This document shows positions 1-14,690 of a stretch of 64,000 bases of DNA, one piece after another. The notes beneath the pieces were generated by a model that was given only the letters and a program-made list of their open reading frames with translations, ran no database searches and had not been told where the DNA came from. This stretch comes from Octopus sinensis. Its lineage: Eukaryota. The stretch is from the NCBI RefSeq assembly GCF_006345805.1, contig NC_043025.1, forward strand, positions 14,446,001 to 14,510,000. Reading direction: 5' to 3'. The translations under genes and the position numbers were made by a program. Positions within the stretch are counted from its first letter, which is position 1; each line of letters opens with the position of its first letter.

Positions 1-599
1 ACATATATATAACCACATATATACATACATATACACACATATATACATACATATACACACATATATATATACATACATATACACACATATATATATATAC
101 ATATATATACACACATATATATATACATATATATACACACATATATACATACATATACACACATATATACATATAGACACATATATACATACAGATATAT
201 ACATACATATATATATACACACACATATACCTACACACACACATATATAGATATACATATATATACATACATATATGTATATACACACACACACATATAT
301 ACATACACAGACACACACACACACACACATATATACACACGCTCGCGCACACCTCCTCGTTCTGTCTGTCCGTCTACCATTTTCCTTGACATAAACAACC
401 ACTGACAAAGGACGATGAGGAAATGGTAATTGTGATACGGAGACGGCGGCGGTGGTGAATGATGGCGATGGTGAAGGGTGGCGGTGAAGGAATTGTGTGG
501 CAAGTGACAATGAGAATATATTGACGATGACGGTGGATGCTGGTGATGATGATGCTGACGGCGACGGAGTAGGGATTGAGGAATAATGGCGCCGGTGAT

Positions 600-797
600 T
601 AAAGACTAATGACGACGATGATGATGGTGAGTGATGGTGGTGGAGGGAGAGAAAGATAAGACAGACAGACGAGGAATTAACGGCGATGGTGTGATGATGA
701 TGATGACTACGGCGATGGTGGGGGGGAGTGATGAAGACGGAGAGGTCGAGATGGTAATAACAATAACAAACGATGACGATGATGACGTCGATGGTAA

Positions 798-831
<34 letters not shown>

Positions 832-1010
832 GATGATGATGGTGGTGGTGGTGGTGGCGGTGATGATGATGATGACGATGATGATGATGATGATGACGAT
901 GACGGTGGTAATGATGATGATGATGATGATGACGATGGTGTGATGACGGTGGTGGTGATGATGACGATGACGATGGCTGTGGTGGTGCTGACGGTGGTGA
1001 TGGTAATGAC
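600..1010. repeat. (GAT)n/(GGT)n trinucleotide microsatellite
   Basis: Source of the poly-D/H/S/P ORFs in the track. Confidence 0.95.
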
Positions 1011-1229
1011 GCCATCCTTACGTTTTCCATGACGCCATAGAGGAGGCGATGTGCCGAAACCTAACCATATGGTAAGTTCCGAGATGGACGACGGACGATC
1101 CATATGGAGAGACAGGGAGAGAGAGAGAGAAAGAGAGAGAGAGAAGGAGAGGGAGGGAGGGAGAGGAGCACCTGTGTCAATAGCTTCTGTTTACAGTACA
1201 GCAGGAAAACACGTATATGACCCTCCCCA

Positions 1230-1800
1230 CAGACACATTACTATGTGTGTGTGTATATATACAGACATATACACGACATGTATGTATGTATGTATGTATG
1301 TATGTATGTATGTATGTATGCATACGAGTATTTACGTATGTATATACGCATGTGCATATATATGCACGTATGCATGAATGTATGTATATATATATATGTA
1401 CATATGCATAAATGAATGTATGCACGCATAAATGTATATATGAACGAATGTATGCATGTATATATGTATGTACGTACGTATGTATGTGTATATGCATGTA
1501 CGTATGGTATACATGTATGTATGTATATGTATGTATATATATACGTATGTATGTATATATTGTATGTAGTCAGTATGTTTATATGTATCTACATATTATG
1601 TATGTATATATGTATGCACGTATTGTATGTATGTATGTATGTATGTATGTATATGTATACTTATGTATGTACATATTATGTATGTATATATGAATGTACG
1701 TATGTATATATATACGAATGTATGTTATATATGAATGGCTGTATGCTACATCTGTACGTATGTTACAAAGGTATGCACGTATGTCTACCTGTATGCAAGT
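1230..1800. repeat. (TATG)n-like degenerate microsatellite
   Basis: Direct reading; similar tracts at 1-330, 13385-13620, 14730-15430, 53390-54010, 58050-59760. Confidence 0.95.
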
Positions 1801-3511
1801 ACCTACGTCCATGTAAGTGCAGGCATAATCCATCTTAGGTCTACAATTTGGTTCCATCACCTGCGACTTAACTCGGAAAACATTGTAACAAGGAAAAATA
1901 AAATCGTTCTATTTAAAAAATATTTTGACCCATATCTGTTTTAATAATTGGTTTCTAAGTATTGTCACGCATTTTATGTGATATTTTTCCTCTCCAAGAC
2001 TGGTTTGTGTGTGTTTTTGATTTCTTTTATATTTTTTTTCATTGAATTTTATGCTTTTAAATGTGTTTGGTGAGACAGACCCAAAGTTGGAGAGATAAGC
2101 CGACTGAAGTTCAGGTTAATTGTGTTTCCATTTCTTTCTTTTAAAAACCCCCAACAAAAACGAAGTCAAATCGAAAAAGACGTAACGCGAAACGACCTAA
2201 GTTGAGGCATATATATATATACATACATACATATATCATCATCGTTTAACGTCCGTTCTCCATGCTAGCATGGGTTGGACGGTTCGACTGGGGATCTGGG
2301 AAGCCAGAAGGCTGCACCAGGCTCCAGTCTGATCTGGCAATGTTTCTACGGCTGGATGCCCTTCCTAACGCCAACCACTCCGTGATATATATATACATAT
2401 ATATATATATATACACATACATACATACATATACACACACATACATACATATATATACTCTTTTACGCTTTCACTTGTTTCAGTCATGTGACTGCGGCCA
2501 TGCTGGAGCACCGCCTTTAGTCGAGCAAATCGACCCCAGGACTTATTCTTTGTAAGCCTAGTACTTATTCTATCGGTATCTTTTTGCCGAACCGCTAAGT
2601 TACGGGGGACGTAAACACACCAGCATCGGTCGTCAAGCGACGTCTCTTTAATTGAGTAAACTCCTATAGCCTGTTGCTCACTGTTAAATGCACTTTGTTC
2701 AAGGTCAGCTATTAAATGATGGCAAATTTTCACCAGATAGGCGCAGGAGTGGCTGTGTGGTAAGTAGCTTGCTAACCAACCACATGGTTCCGGGTTCAGT
2801 CCCACTGCGTGGCATCTTGGGCAAGTGTCTTCTACTATAGCCCCGGACCGACCAAAGCTTTGTGAGTGGATTTGGTAGACGGAAACTGAAAGAAGCCCAT
2901 CGTATATATGTATATGTGTGTGTGTGTTTGTGTGTCTGTGTTTGTGCCCCTAGCATTGCTTGACAACCGATGCTGGTGTGTTTACGTCCCCGTCACTTAG
3001 CGGTTTGGCAAAACAGACCGATAGAATAAGTACTGGGCTTACAAAGAATAAGTCCCAGGGTCGATTTGCTTGACTAAAAGGCGATGCTCCAGCATGGCCG
3101 CAGTCAAATGACTGAAACAAGTAAAAGAGTAGAGTATATCGTTTATAGGAATTTTGTTCCCTTGTGTCCCCTATGTCCCCATCGTCACTACTCTCTTCAT
3201 TTGTATCCGCATTTCACACCATCTCAGCAATTTCCCCATCACTCAAGGAACGCACAACAAGTGCATCGTTATCAATGCTTAGAATCTCCTTCAATGTCCG
3301 CTTCTTCAAGATCATTTACACTTCCGCATGATCAACTTACAAGTTTTCATATCATTTTCTCATTAATAACACGAAATCTTCCCAACTCATTATCTTTTGG
3401 ATCGTTTCCAACAAACATCGTTATTGGCCAAATTCTGTGCCAGGTGTTTGTTACTAATTGATTTATCAACATCATTTTAAGCATTCGCAACTGAGTACAT
3501 GGCATCCTTAA

Positions 3512-3732
3512 CCCTTTTGATACCAACCCGGCTGAAACCGGCTCTGGCTCTTTAGTACAAATGTCTTGTTTCCATAAGTTTTGAATTAAAATCTTCCACC
3601 AAACCTTAGTCACAATTTATGTTCCTAACACTAGCTGAATGATAACTAAGTTGTTTTACTAAATTCTTTGTTATATTTAAAATAATTGGAAGAAACACAG
3701 AGCATCTCAACAGAAATACAGTAACGAAAGGG
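3512..3732. mobile_element. piggyBac-type MITE with TTAA target-site duplication
   Basis: ttaa|cccttt...aaaggg|ttaa; partial copies at about 27775-27955 and 32295-32420. Confidence 0.75.
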
Positions 3733-4024
3733 TTAACAGTTAACTCTTCCAGGTACTCTTGCAGACTTACACCTTTGTTGACTGCATCGAGCACACAGCC
3801 CTTAAAATAATTTTTATAGTGGCCCTTCATGGAGCGTAGAATTCATTGGTCACAAGGCTGTAAAACATGTCACATTGGCAGTCAAGCAACATTACTCTTC
3901 ACTAGAAGTTCAGCAAAGGGATATGCAGAGCAGTTGTCCAAAGTCAATAGAATTTTACAGTTTTCTTCCAGTCCAGCTTGCCTGCGTGGAGGTGTGTGGT
4001 TTAGTGGTTATGGTGCCAGCATAA

Positions 4025-4256
4025 GGCGGCGAGCTGGCAGAAACGTTAGCACGCTGGGCGAAATGGCTGAGCGGTATTTCGTCTGCCGTTACGTTCTGAG
4101 TTCAAATTCCGCCGAGGTCGACTCTGCCTTTCATCCTTTCAGGGTCGGTAAATTAAGTACCAGTTACGCACTGGGGTCGATATAATCGACTTAATCCGTC
4201 TGTCTGTCCTTGTTTGTCTCCTCTGTGTTTAGCCCCTTGTGTGTAGTAAAGAAATA
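4025..4256 (+). mobile_element. SINE family 2 with 16-bp target-site duplication
   Basis: gagctggcagaaacgttagc...gaggtcgactctgcctttcatcctttc; TSD ggttatggtgccagca at 4006-4021 and 4257-4272. Other copies near 10810-, 13212-, 17225-, 32072+, 52800-. Confidence 0.85.
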
Positions 4257-4491
4257 GGTTATGGTGCCAGCACTATGATCGTAAGATTGTGGTTTCAATT
4301 CCTGGACCGGGCGACGCGTTGTGTTCTTGAGCAAAATACTTCATTTTCACATTGCTCCAGTCCACTCAGCTGGTAAAAATGAGTAACGCTGCAATGGACT
4401 GGCATCCCATCCAGCTGGGGAACACAAATGCCATACAAACCGGGAAACCGGGCCCATGAGCCTGGCTAGGTTTTAAAAGGACGCATTTATT

Positions 4492-4527
<36 letters not shown>

Positions 4528-6153
4528 GAGGCGCGTGGCTTAGAGGTTTGGGTGTCAGCATCATGATCGTAAGATTGTGGTTTCGATTCCTGGACCGGGC
4601 GACGCGTTGTGTTCTTGAGCAAAACCCTTCATTTCACGTTGCTCCAGTCCACTCAGCTGGTAAAAATGAGTAACGCTGCGATGGACTGGCGTCCCGTCCG
4701 GCTGGGGAACACATACGCCACTGAAACTTCAGTAATTTGTCTTTCTGTTTCTTTAAGTCATACACAATACTAGTTCCAGTACTGTATTCTTCACCGAGCC
4801 ACCACACGGTCACACCACCATCGAGTTTCTGTAGTAACCCCACTTTCTGCGTTGTTGATAACGGTGGTTTCCTTTTTGTTTTTCTCATTGCTATCCATTG
4901 GGTATCTCTCTCTCTTTACTCTTTTACTTGTTTCAGTCATTTGACTGCGGCTATGCTGGAGCACCACCTTTAGTCGAGCAACTCGACGCCCAGGACTTAT
5001 TCTTTGTAAGCCCAGTACTTATTCTATCAGTCTCTTTTGCCGAACCGCTAAGTAACGGAGACATAAACACACCAGCATTGGTTGTCAAGCAATGCTAGGG
5101 GGACAAACACAGACACACAAACATATATACATATATACGATGGGCTTCTTTCAGTTTCCGTCTACCAAATCCACTCACAAGGCTTTGGTTGGCCCGAGGC
5201 TATAGTAGAAGACACTTGCCCAAGATGCCACGCAGTGGGACTGAACCCGGAACCAGGTGGTTGGTAAGCAAGCTACTTACCACACAGCCACTCCTGCAAT
5301 TCTTTTTGACATTTCCAGGGTAAATTATATACAGAATCACAAGAAACAACATGAAAACAGCAAACAGCAATGGACATCTTTTCTCTACCAGTGCTGAGTC
5401 ACACTTGATGCTTGGCACTATGTGGAAGCCGAAAGGCCTAGCATTGCCACGTCATACCTCAATGAGCCGAGTCATGGTGGTCAGCTCCAAGGATAATAAA
5501 TTTGTACTCTACAAAAGTATAGACTAATCCATTAGGTTAATATGAAAATAATAAACGTCGCCCCTTTTCAAGCCTAGCCAGGCTCAAGGGCCCGGTTTCC
5601 CGGTTTCTGTGGCATCATATGTGTTCACCCCCAGCTGGATGGGACGCCAACCCATCACAGCGTTACTCAAGAAACAGGAAGAGAGAGTGAGAGAAAGTTG
5701 GGGCGAAAGAGTACAACAGGGGTCGCCACTACCCTCAGCATCAGTTGTCAAGCAAAGTTGGGGTGGGGGGGACAAACACAAACACATAAACACACATGCA
5801 TATATATATATATACACATATATACGATGGGCTTCTTTCAGTTTCCGTCTACCAAATCTACTCACAAGGCTTTGGTCGGCCTGAGGCTATAGTAGAAGAC
5901 ACTTGCCCAAGGTGCCACGCAGTGAGACTGAACCCAGAGCCATGTGGTTGGTAAGCAGGCTACTTACCACACAGCCACTCCTACGCCTATATATATATAT
6001 AAACACACACACACATACATATATATTTGATTTGCCTAATAGTGGTTTTATCTCTAATTTAATATAATATAATATATTTATACTATAAAATTGGATTTAA
6101 TCCTAAATCTGATTTTTCTCTGTAAGTTTGGATTTATTCCCTAATATTTTATC

Positions 6154-6191
<38 letters not shown>

Positions 6192-7142
6192 TACACACGT
6201 GTTTTTTTTTCACACCAAGGTGATAGTATCTTCCTAGTGTTGGTGGGGGTACATCCCTGTACCTTAGCAGTTAGGCCAACAGTACAAGTACAGGGGCTCA
6301 GTTTAGTTGACTAAAAACTCCCCAAGGCAGGGTCCCAGCTTGGCTGCAGTCCAATAACTGACCCAAGTAAAAGACAGAAGATAAAAGACCCTGCCATGAC
6401 TTACACGAATGTATTATCGAAGCATTGTTTTACAACTGGATGCCTTTCCTGTTGCTAACCGTTGTTTTGGCCTGAGGCTATAGTAGAAGACACTTACCCA
6501 TGGTGCTGCACAGCGGGACTGAACCCAGTGCCATGTGGTTGGGAAGCAAACTTCTTACCACACAGCCATGCCTGTGTCTATATATACACACACACATACA
6601 TATATACATACATATTGTTCCTATTATGTTAAACTGTTGTATGTCCAAATTTGGCCAGATGTGTTTTTTTCAATATTTAATTTTGCTTACAATAGCCAGT
6701 TCTTTTGGTCAAACTATCGTATCTCCAGCTTCTTCAGATGCCAAGATATGAAAATTGTGAAAGTGTAGTACAACGGTTAAGCATTTTCCAAAAGTGTAGT
6801 AAGACCCATGTATGACAGTTTTGCCAAAATATTTCTGCCTGAAAATATCAGACATGAATGGAGTTATGGCTTTATGCACCCAACAAAGTATTATTGTTAA
6901 GCTGAAACTGTTACTTATGTAAAAAGAAATGGAATAGTTAAACTATTTTTCCTTTTTCCTGAAAAATTCAATGTTTTGGTCTTATGACACTTTTGCATAG
7001 TAGCAATGATATATATATATATATATATATATACTTTCTAATGCCAAATATGCCGAAAAATTGGACATATTGTCCATTAACCATGTAGTTTTGCTTCTTT
7101 CATGGGTATGAGTAAGTATCTCATTTATTTCTTTGCCACATG

Positions 7143-7200
7143 TATCACTGACGAAGAGAGGGCTCTTAGTAGCTAACTCTGAAATCGGTCCGATATGGTA
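7143..7200 (+). ncRNA. Type I hammerhead ribozyme motif (family A)
   Basis: tatca-CTGACGA-agag...ctct-GAAA-tcggtccg-ATA-tggta. Stem I 5 bp, stem II 4 bp, near-palindromic stem III (atcggtccgat), AUA cleavage triplet. Confidence 0.7.
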
Positions 7201-7501
7201 ATAATGGAATTTTTTAGAAATTTCTGTCGACCTTTATTCGAGTAGCGTGCGTATTGTGAAAAAACTATATGGTTAATGGACAATATGTCCAATTTTTCGG
7301 CATATTTGGCATTAGAATTTTTTTTCCCTTGCCCTCATTTATGAATTATATAAATTTAACCGTTAAAGGTATTTTTTAATATGCTGGCCATTGATAAAAT
7401 TGTTTTCGAGAAAATATTTTTTTTCGAAAAGAATTTTATCCTCACATTTGATATATATATATATATATTAATCAAAATAAAAACATGATTCAAAGGATTT
7501 A

Positions 7502-7589
7502 GCGGTACATGTGTTTCGGGCCTTTATTAGACGGTTTTATAACAATGCATAACTGATGTAAATGTGTGTCTATGGCCTTCTTCAGCCGC
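7502..7589 (-). ncRNA. Type I hammerhead ribozyme motif (family B, long stem II)
   Basis: Minus strand gcgg-CTGAAGA-a ggcc...ggcc c-GAAAC-acat-GTA-ccgc. Confidence 0.68.
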
Positions 7590-10500
7590 GTACAATCACT
7601 GTTATAAAACCGTCTAATAAAGGCCCGAAACATATGTACCGCTAAATCCTTTGAATCATGTTTTTATTTTGATTAATATACTCTATCACCTACACCACTA
7701 AATGGTATATACAGGTGCTTACAACTATCAAGTATTCACCCTGAATTTTTGTGTTATTATATATATATATATATACATATCCATATTGTTGCTATTATGT
7801 TAAACTGTCTTATGTCCAAATTCAGCCAAATATGTTTTTTTTTCAATATTTATTTTTGCTTGCAATAACCGGTTTTCTTGGTCAAACTATTGTATCTCCG
7901 GCTGCTTCAGATGGCAAAATATCAAAAATTGTCAAAGTATCATACAACGGTTTTACTATGGAATGGTGAAACTATTTTTTTGTTTTCTGAAAGAAGCAAT
8001 GTTTTGGACTTACAACACTTTTGCATAACAGCAACAATATATATATACATACATCTCACCCACAACCATCTGCTTAAAACCACAAACACCCTCTACAGAT
8101 TCTTCCAGTTCCCTCTCAACTTCCCTTGCTTTCTCTAAATATCTCCTCTCACCAATCTGTGCTACTTATAATCCTCCAACCACACTATTCCTTCACCCTC
8201 TCCCTCTCTCTCTTGATTGTATCCTTCTCCCCACCATCTCCCTCCACAGGAATAGCCAAGTATTTCCTCTGTAGTAAGACAGTTATACCTGACCCTTGAC
8301 CATACATCTGGTTCGCCAGACCTCAGTCAAATCGTCCAACCCATGCTAGCAGGGAAAGCGGACGTTAAACAATGATGATGATGATGTTGGGAGTCCCAAA
8401 ATCTTTTAAGTGCTTAGGGCCTCTATGGGTCTTAATACGGTCCTGCTGGATCCCCGGTTTACTATTTGGCTTACATGGACCCCAGGCAAGTAGATTATCC
8501 AGTGGGGAAAAGATGTGGGAAGGGAAAAAAAATGACAACTTGAGCTGACCTTGGAATGATTTCAAGAGAAAAGAGGGAGCGATTTGGAAGCAAAGCAATT
8601 TTCTAGGTTAGTAACCTACCAGCTTTGTTCCACCCACCCCTTTACCACCTATGTTAAGCGTGTGGTCATGTGTGTGTGTGTGTATGTAAGCATGTATCAT
8701 CATCATCATCATCGTTTAACATCCGTTTTCTGCGCTAGCACGGGTTGGACGGTTCGACCGGGGATCTGGGAAGCCAGAAGGCTGCACCAGGCTCAAGTCT
8801 TATCTGGCAGTGTTTCTACAGCTGGATGCCCTTCCTAACGCCAACCACTCCGTGAGTGTAGTGGGTGCTTTTTACGTGCCACCTGCACAGGTGCCAGGCG
8901 AGGCTGGCAACGGCCACGGTCGGATTGGTGTATTTTATGTGCCACCGGCACAGAAGCCAGTCGAGGCGGCGCTGGCATCGGCCATATGTATGTATATGTG
9001 TGTGAGTGTGTATATAACTTTCGATGGTCAAGCATGACCTTCGAACTCTTGGGCCTCACAGAGGCAATGACGAAAGACCGAGATCTCTGGAAATATGCTG
9101 TGACTGCAAAGACCCAACAAATAATGTGAGTTCGTGGCTGTTTCCTGCACCAGTTTCGCATAGCAGCCCCAAACCATCCAAAGTACCTTGGATCGCAGAA
9201 CGACCTGCTGTGCTAACCTTGGATCGTAGAGTGACCCGCTGTTCTTGAGGATACCTGTTGAGTCAAGTATGTCAACACCAACATCAAAATACAAATCAAA
9301 TGGAAATTGTAGTGAAGATACCAGTGCCGGTATCACGTAAAAAAGCCCCGTCTGAACGTGGCAGATGCCAACACCGCCTGACTGGTGTCTGTGTCAGTGA
9401 CACGTAAAAGCACCAACTGGTCGGGTGTTTGCTAGTCTGCTCTGGCCCCTGCGCCAGTGGCACATAAAAAGCACCCACTACACTCTCGGAGTGGTTGGCA
9501 TTAGGAAGGGCATCCAGCTGTAGAAACATTGCCAAATCAGACTGGAGCCTGGTGCAGCCTCCTGGCTTCCCAGACTCCAGTCAAACCGTCCAACCCATGC
9601 TAGCATGGAAAGCGGACGTTAAACGATGCTGCTGCTGCTGATGATGATATATATATATATATATATATACACTCACGGAGTGGTTGGCGTTAGGAAGGGC
9701 ATCCAGACTGGAGCCTGGTGCAGCCTCCTGGCTTCCCAGACCACAGTCAAACCGTCCAACCCATGCTAGCATGGAAAACGGACGTTAAACGATGATGAAG
9801 AAGATGATGATGATGATTTGTCATTCACCACTGCTTGACAGCCGCTGCTGGTGAGTTTACGTTCCTTTAACTTAGCAGTTCAGCAAAAGATCCCAACAGG
9901 ATAAGCATCAGGCTTAAAAAGAAAATCACTACAGGGTTGATTCATTCAACTAGAAGTTCTTGAAGGTGGTGCCCCAGCATGGCCATAGTCCAATGACTGA
10001 AACAAGATAAAAGACACACACACACTTCACTTGTTTCAATCAGTCGAATGCAGCCATACTGGCACACTGCCTTGAAGGGTTTATTTCGGTGACCCTCAAC
10101 CCTTTTTTACTTGTGGACCCCTCTTTGATTCCTATTTCAGTCCACTGGACCCTCCTGGCTATTCAATGTTTTAAAAACTTCCGTTTAGATTTTTATAATT
10201 AAATATCATGAGTGAAGGGCTGTAGTTTAGTGCTTAGGGCATTTGGCTCACACATAGGCGCAGGAATGTCTGTGTGGTAAGTAGCTTGCTAACCAACCAC
10301 ATGGTTCCGGGTTCAGTCCCACTGCGTGGCATCTTGGGCAAGTGTCTTCTGCTATAGCCCCGGGCCGACCAATGCCTTGTGAGTGGATTTGGTAGACGGA
10401 AACTGAAAGAAGCCTGTCGTATATATGTATATATATATATAAGTCCGTCGTATATATATATATAAGTGTGTGTGAATATGTTTGTGTGTCTGTGTTTGTT

Positions 10501-11836
10501 CCCCTAGCATTGCTTGACAACCGATGCTGGTGTGTTTACGTCCCTGTAACTTAGCGGTTCGGCAAAAGAGACCGATAGAATAAGTACTGGGCTTACAAAG
10601 AATAAGTCCCGGGGTCGATTTGCTCGATTAAAGGCGGTGCTCCAGCACGGCCGCAGTCAAATGACTGAAACAAGTAAAAAGAGTAAAAAAAGAGAATTAT
10701 AAGGTCGTGAGTTCAATTCCTGGCGATGCGTTGTGTCCTTGAGCAAGACACTTTATTTCACGCTGTCAAGCCAAATGTACCTGTGCTGGTGGCACGTGAA
10801 GAACATCTTATCTCTTTACTACCCACAAGGGGCTAAACACAGAGGGGACAAACAAGGAAAGACAAAGGGATTAAGTCGATTACATCAACCCCAATGCGTA
10901 ACTGGTACTTAATTTATCGACCCCCGAAAGGATGAAAGGCAAAGTCGACCTCGGCGGAATTTGAACTTAGAACGTAAGGACAGACGAAATACCACGAAGC
11001 ATTTCGCCCGGCGTGCTAACGTGTCTGCCAGCTCACCACTTTTAGTGGCTGAATATCTTTCAAGCGTTGGGCCTCATGGGGGCAAAGTGGGTGAGTTCCT
11101 TTTGAGCATTGGGCCTCATGGAGGCAATGACCAAGACCTTTGGCATTATGTCGTGCTTGAGAAGAAGGCCCATCAAGCTGAGCAAAATCACAGACATGGC
11201 AGATATCAGTGTCATGCAAATTGGCACCCCAGTGTCACACAAATGGCACCCATGCCAGTGGCATGCCAAAGCGTCGATCACACTGAATGGTTGGCGATAG
11301 GAAGGGCATCCAGCCGTAGAAAACCATGCTAAATCAGACTGGAGTCTGGTGCGGCTTTCCAGCGTGTCAGCCCAGTCAAACCGTCTGACCCATGCCGGCA
11401 TGGACAACGGACGTTAAATGCTGATATATATATATATGTGTATGTCTGTCCCTTACCACCGATTTACAGCCGGCACTGGTTTGTTTACGACCCTGTAATG
11501 AAGCAGTTCGACGAAAGAGTATCCGACAAAATAAGTACGATGCTGCAAGGGAAAAAATATGTACAGGTGTCGATTCTTCGACTAAAACCATTGAAGACGG
11601 TGCCTCAGCATGGCCGGTTAGCTAATAACTGAGACAAGTACAACAGAAACACACACACATCATCAGGTGCAGGAGTGGCTGTGTGGTAAGTAGCTTGCTA
11701 ACCAACCACATGGTTCCGGGTTCAGTCCCACTGCGTGGCATCTTGGGCAAGTGTCTTCTGCTATAGCCTTGGGCCGACCAATGCCTTGTGTGTGGATTTG
11801 GTAGACGGAAACTGAAAGAAGCCCGTCGTATATATG

Positions 11837-11867
<31 letters not shown>

Positions 11868-12046
11868 TTGTGTGTCTGTGTTTGTCCCCCTAGCATTGCT
11901 TGACAACCGATGCTGGCGTGTTAACGTCCCCGTCACTTAGCGGTTCGGCAAAACAGACCGATAGAATAAGTCCTGGGGTCGATTTGCTCGACTAAAGGCG
12001 GTGCTCCAGCATGGCCGCAGTCAAACGACTGAAACAAGTAATAGAG

Positions 12047-12081
<35 letters not shown>

Positions 12082-12227
12082 TTTAAGTGGAAAATAACAG
12101 TATATATTTAATATATATTATATGTATTAACGATTTTAGGAGGTATGGGGGGGGGACACGGGAAGGAGAGTTGTAGAGAAGCAACAGTTGGTGAGAGAGG
12201 AAGTGATGATATATATATATATATATA

Positions 12228-12270
<43 letters not shown>

Positions 12271-12745
12271 AAATGATATTGATGAAGGGGAGGGAGTAGG
12301 TTTGAGAAAGAGGGGAAGAAAGAGTTGAGCAACAGTTGGTGAGAGAAGAGGAAGTGGTAGCGGTGAGAGGTGGTATATTATATAAACGATATTGGTGAAG
12401 GAGAGAGAATAAGGTTGACGGAAAGAGAGAGAGAGAGAGAGGGGGGGAGAGAGCGGGACAGAAGTAATAGTTGGTAAGAGGGGAGGAGGTGATACATTAT
12501 ATAAATGATATTGATGAAGGGGAGGGAGAGAGTGAGTGAGTGAGGGGGAAGGTGAAAGTGTAGAGACGAAGTAGAGTTGGAGGGCGAGGAGGTATAGAGA
12601 GAGGGAGAATAACACGTCCAGGAGAGGGGGAAGAGAGAATAAGAGTGTGTGTGAGAAAGAGAGAAGACACAGTAAGACGTCTAGAGGGAGAGAGGGTAGA
12701 AAGAAACAAAGAGCATGTCAGAGGGATAGAAAGACATTAAGACGT

Positions 12746-12789
<44 letters not shown>

Positions 12790-13468
12790 AGGTGGAAAAT
12801 GAGAGTGAAAGAAAAAGTGTGAAAGGGTGAGGGAGGGAAAGAGAAGATACACTATAAGATGTGTGAGAGAGGGAGAGAGAAAGGTAAGGGAGACTAAAAG
12901 AGTGTGAGTGAAGGAGAGGCAAAGAGAAAACCCGCCGACCCGTTGAAATGGGTTGGGCACATTGGTACACCTTGACACAGAGAGCCTGTATATACACCCA
13001 GATATACATACATGAATGTGTGCACACACACATCGACGAAGACACACGGTATAACAGTTTTAGGTACATACATATATAATAAACACACATACACACACAC
13101 AGCCCACACATTTATACACACTCACACTCAAGTATGTCTGCCATATATACATACATACACTGACACACATATATATATATATACACCCACACCAATATAT
13201 ATATATATATATTTCTTTATTGCCCACAAAGGGGCTAAACATAGAGGGGATAAACAAGGACAGGCAAAGGGATTAAGTCGATTACAATCGATCCGACCCC
13301 AGTGCGAAACTGGTACTTTATTTATCGACCCCGAAAGGACGAAAGGTAACGTCGACCTCGGCGGAATTTGAACTCAGAACGTAACGACATATATATATAT
13401 ATATATATACACATGTATATATATATACACATGTATATATATATATATACACATGTATATATATACAC

Positions 13469-13510
<42 letters not shown>

Positions 13511-14178
13511 GTATATATATATATATACACGTATATATATATATATACACGTATATATATATATATACACATGTATATATATATATATATATATACACAT
13601 GTATATATACAGACACACACATGCATAAGTATAAATCTTAATTACGATCGTAAAAAAGCTCTCAAGAAAGCTGAATAGCAGAAGGTTTTCAAAGAAACCT
13701 CCATTTAAGTGTTTAGGCCCTTAACTTCTTACATTCTAACGGGGGTCGGGCCCTCTGCTGACACTTTTTAGCCCCTTGGATATCGAAGACTTGAGCAATT
13801 AAACCGCTCGGAGATTTCCTCTCCATATACAGCGTACGCATATATATACATATATATATATCTCTGTAGGGCATCGAGTGTTTGACAGCATGGGTGACTT
13901 TGTCAATAGCGAAACTAAAACACTAGACACCTGTTGGTTTTATTTACGCCCAGGTTAGTTCTCATAGACAGGTTAGTAAGCAAAGGAGGGAATCCAACCG
14001 TGGCTATCCCATCTATTGAGGAGTATATATGAGGGCGGCGGTTTTAATGCGTACTTTTCGATATTTAAAAACACAATGTGATTTTGATGGGAATTCAGCT
14101 GTTATTTCTAGTATATTGAACGACTAGGTGCAGAATCGCCCAGACTGACTGTGTCGATATGTGTGTGTGTGTATGTGT

Positions 14179-14260
<82 letters not shown>

Positions 14261-14517
14261 GTGTATGCAAGCATGATAGAGAGGGCACCTGTTTGCATAT
14301 AACATTTAAACATAGCAGATATCTGTAAACACACAGGTCTTTACAAATATATACAAATACATATGAATATATACACACACATATATATTATATATACACA
14401 TATATGTATACATACATATGTACATAAATAAATATAGACATACATGCACACACTGAAACAAATATTATATATAAACAGAGATAAATAAAGAAAAATTATA
14501 CACACACACACACATAC

Positions 14518-14555
<38 letters not shown>

Positions 14556-14623
14556 GTACACATAGTTATATAAGTGATCGCAGCAATATAAATGCAAGAA
14601 GGAAATACAACGTGTACAGTGAT

Positions 14624-14661
<38 letters not shown>

Positions 14662-14690
14662 CAGTTTTTTGAAAAAGATACACAATATTT

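Larger units (their letters stand above)
3200..4890 (-). mobile_element. pogo/Tigger (Tigger3/JRKL-like) transposase remnant, fragmented by later insertions
   Basis: N-terminal HTH-psq KRKPPLSTTQKVGLLQKLDGG...YDLKKQKDKLLKF (about 4735-4890), MKGHYKNYFKGCVLDAVNKGV (3740-3830), TWHRIWP and an acidic tail (3200-3500). Confidence 0.75.

Noticed and set aside
606-1103. Poly-Ser/Pro, poly-Asp/Gly and poly-His ORFs
   Set aside because: Open in several frames only because they translate (GAT)/(GGT) microsatellites; no splice or homology support.
2160-2205. GAAACgacctaaGTT motif
   Set aside because: No correctly placed CUGANGA or stem I.
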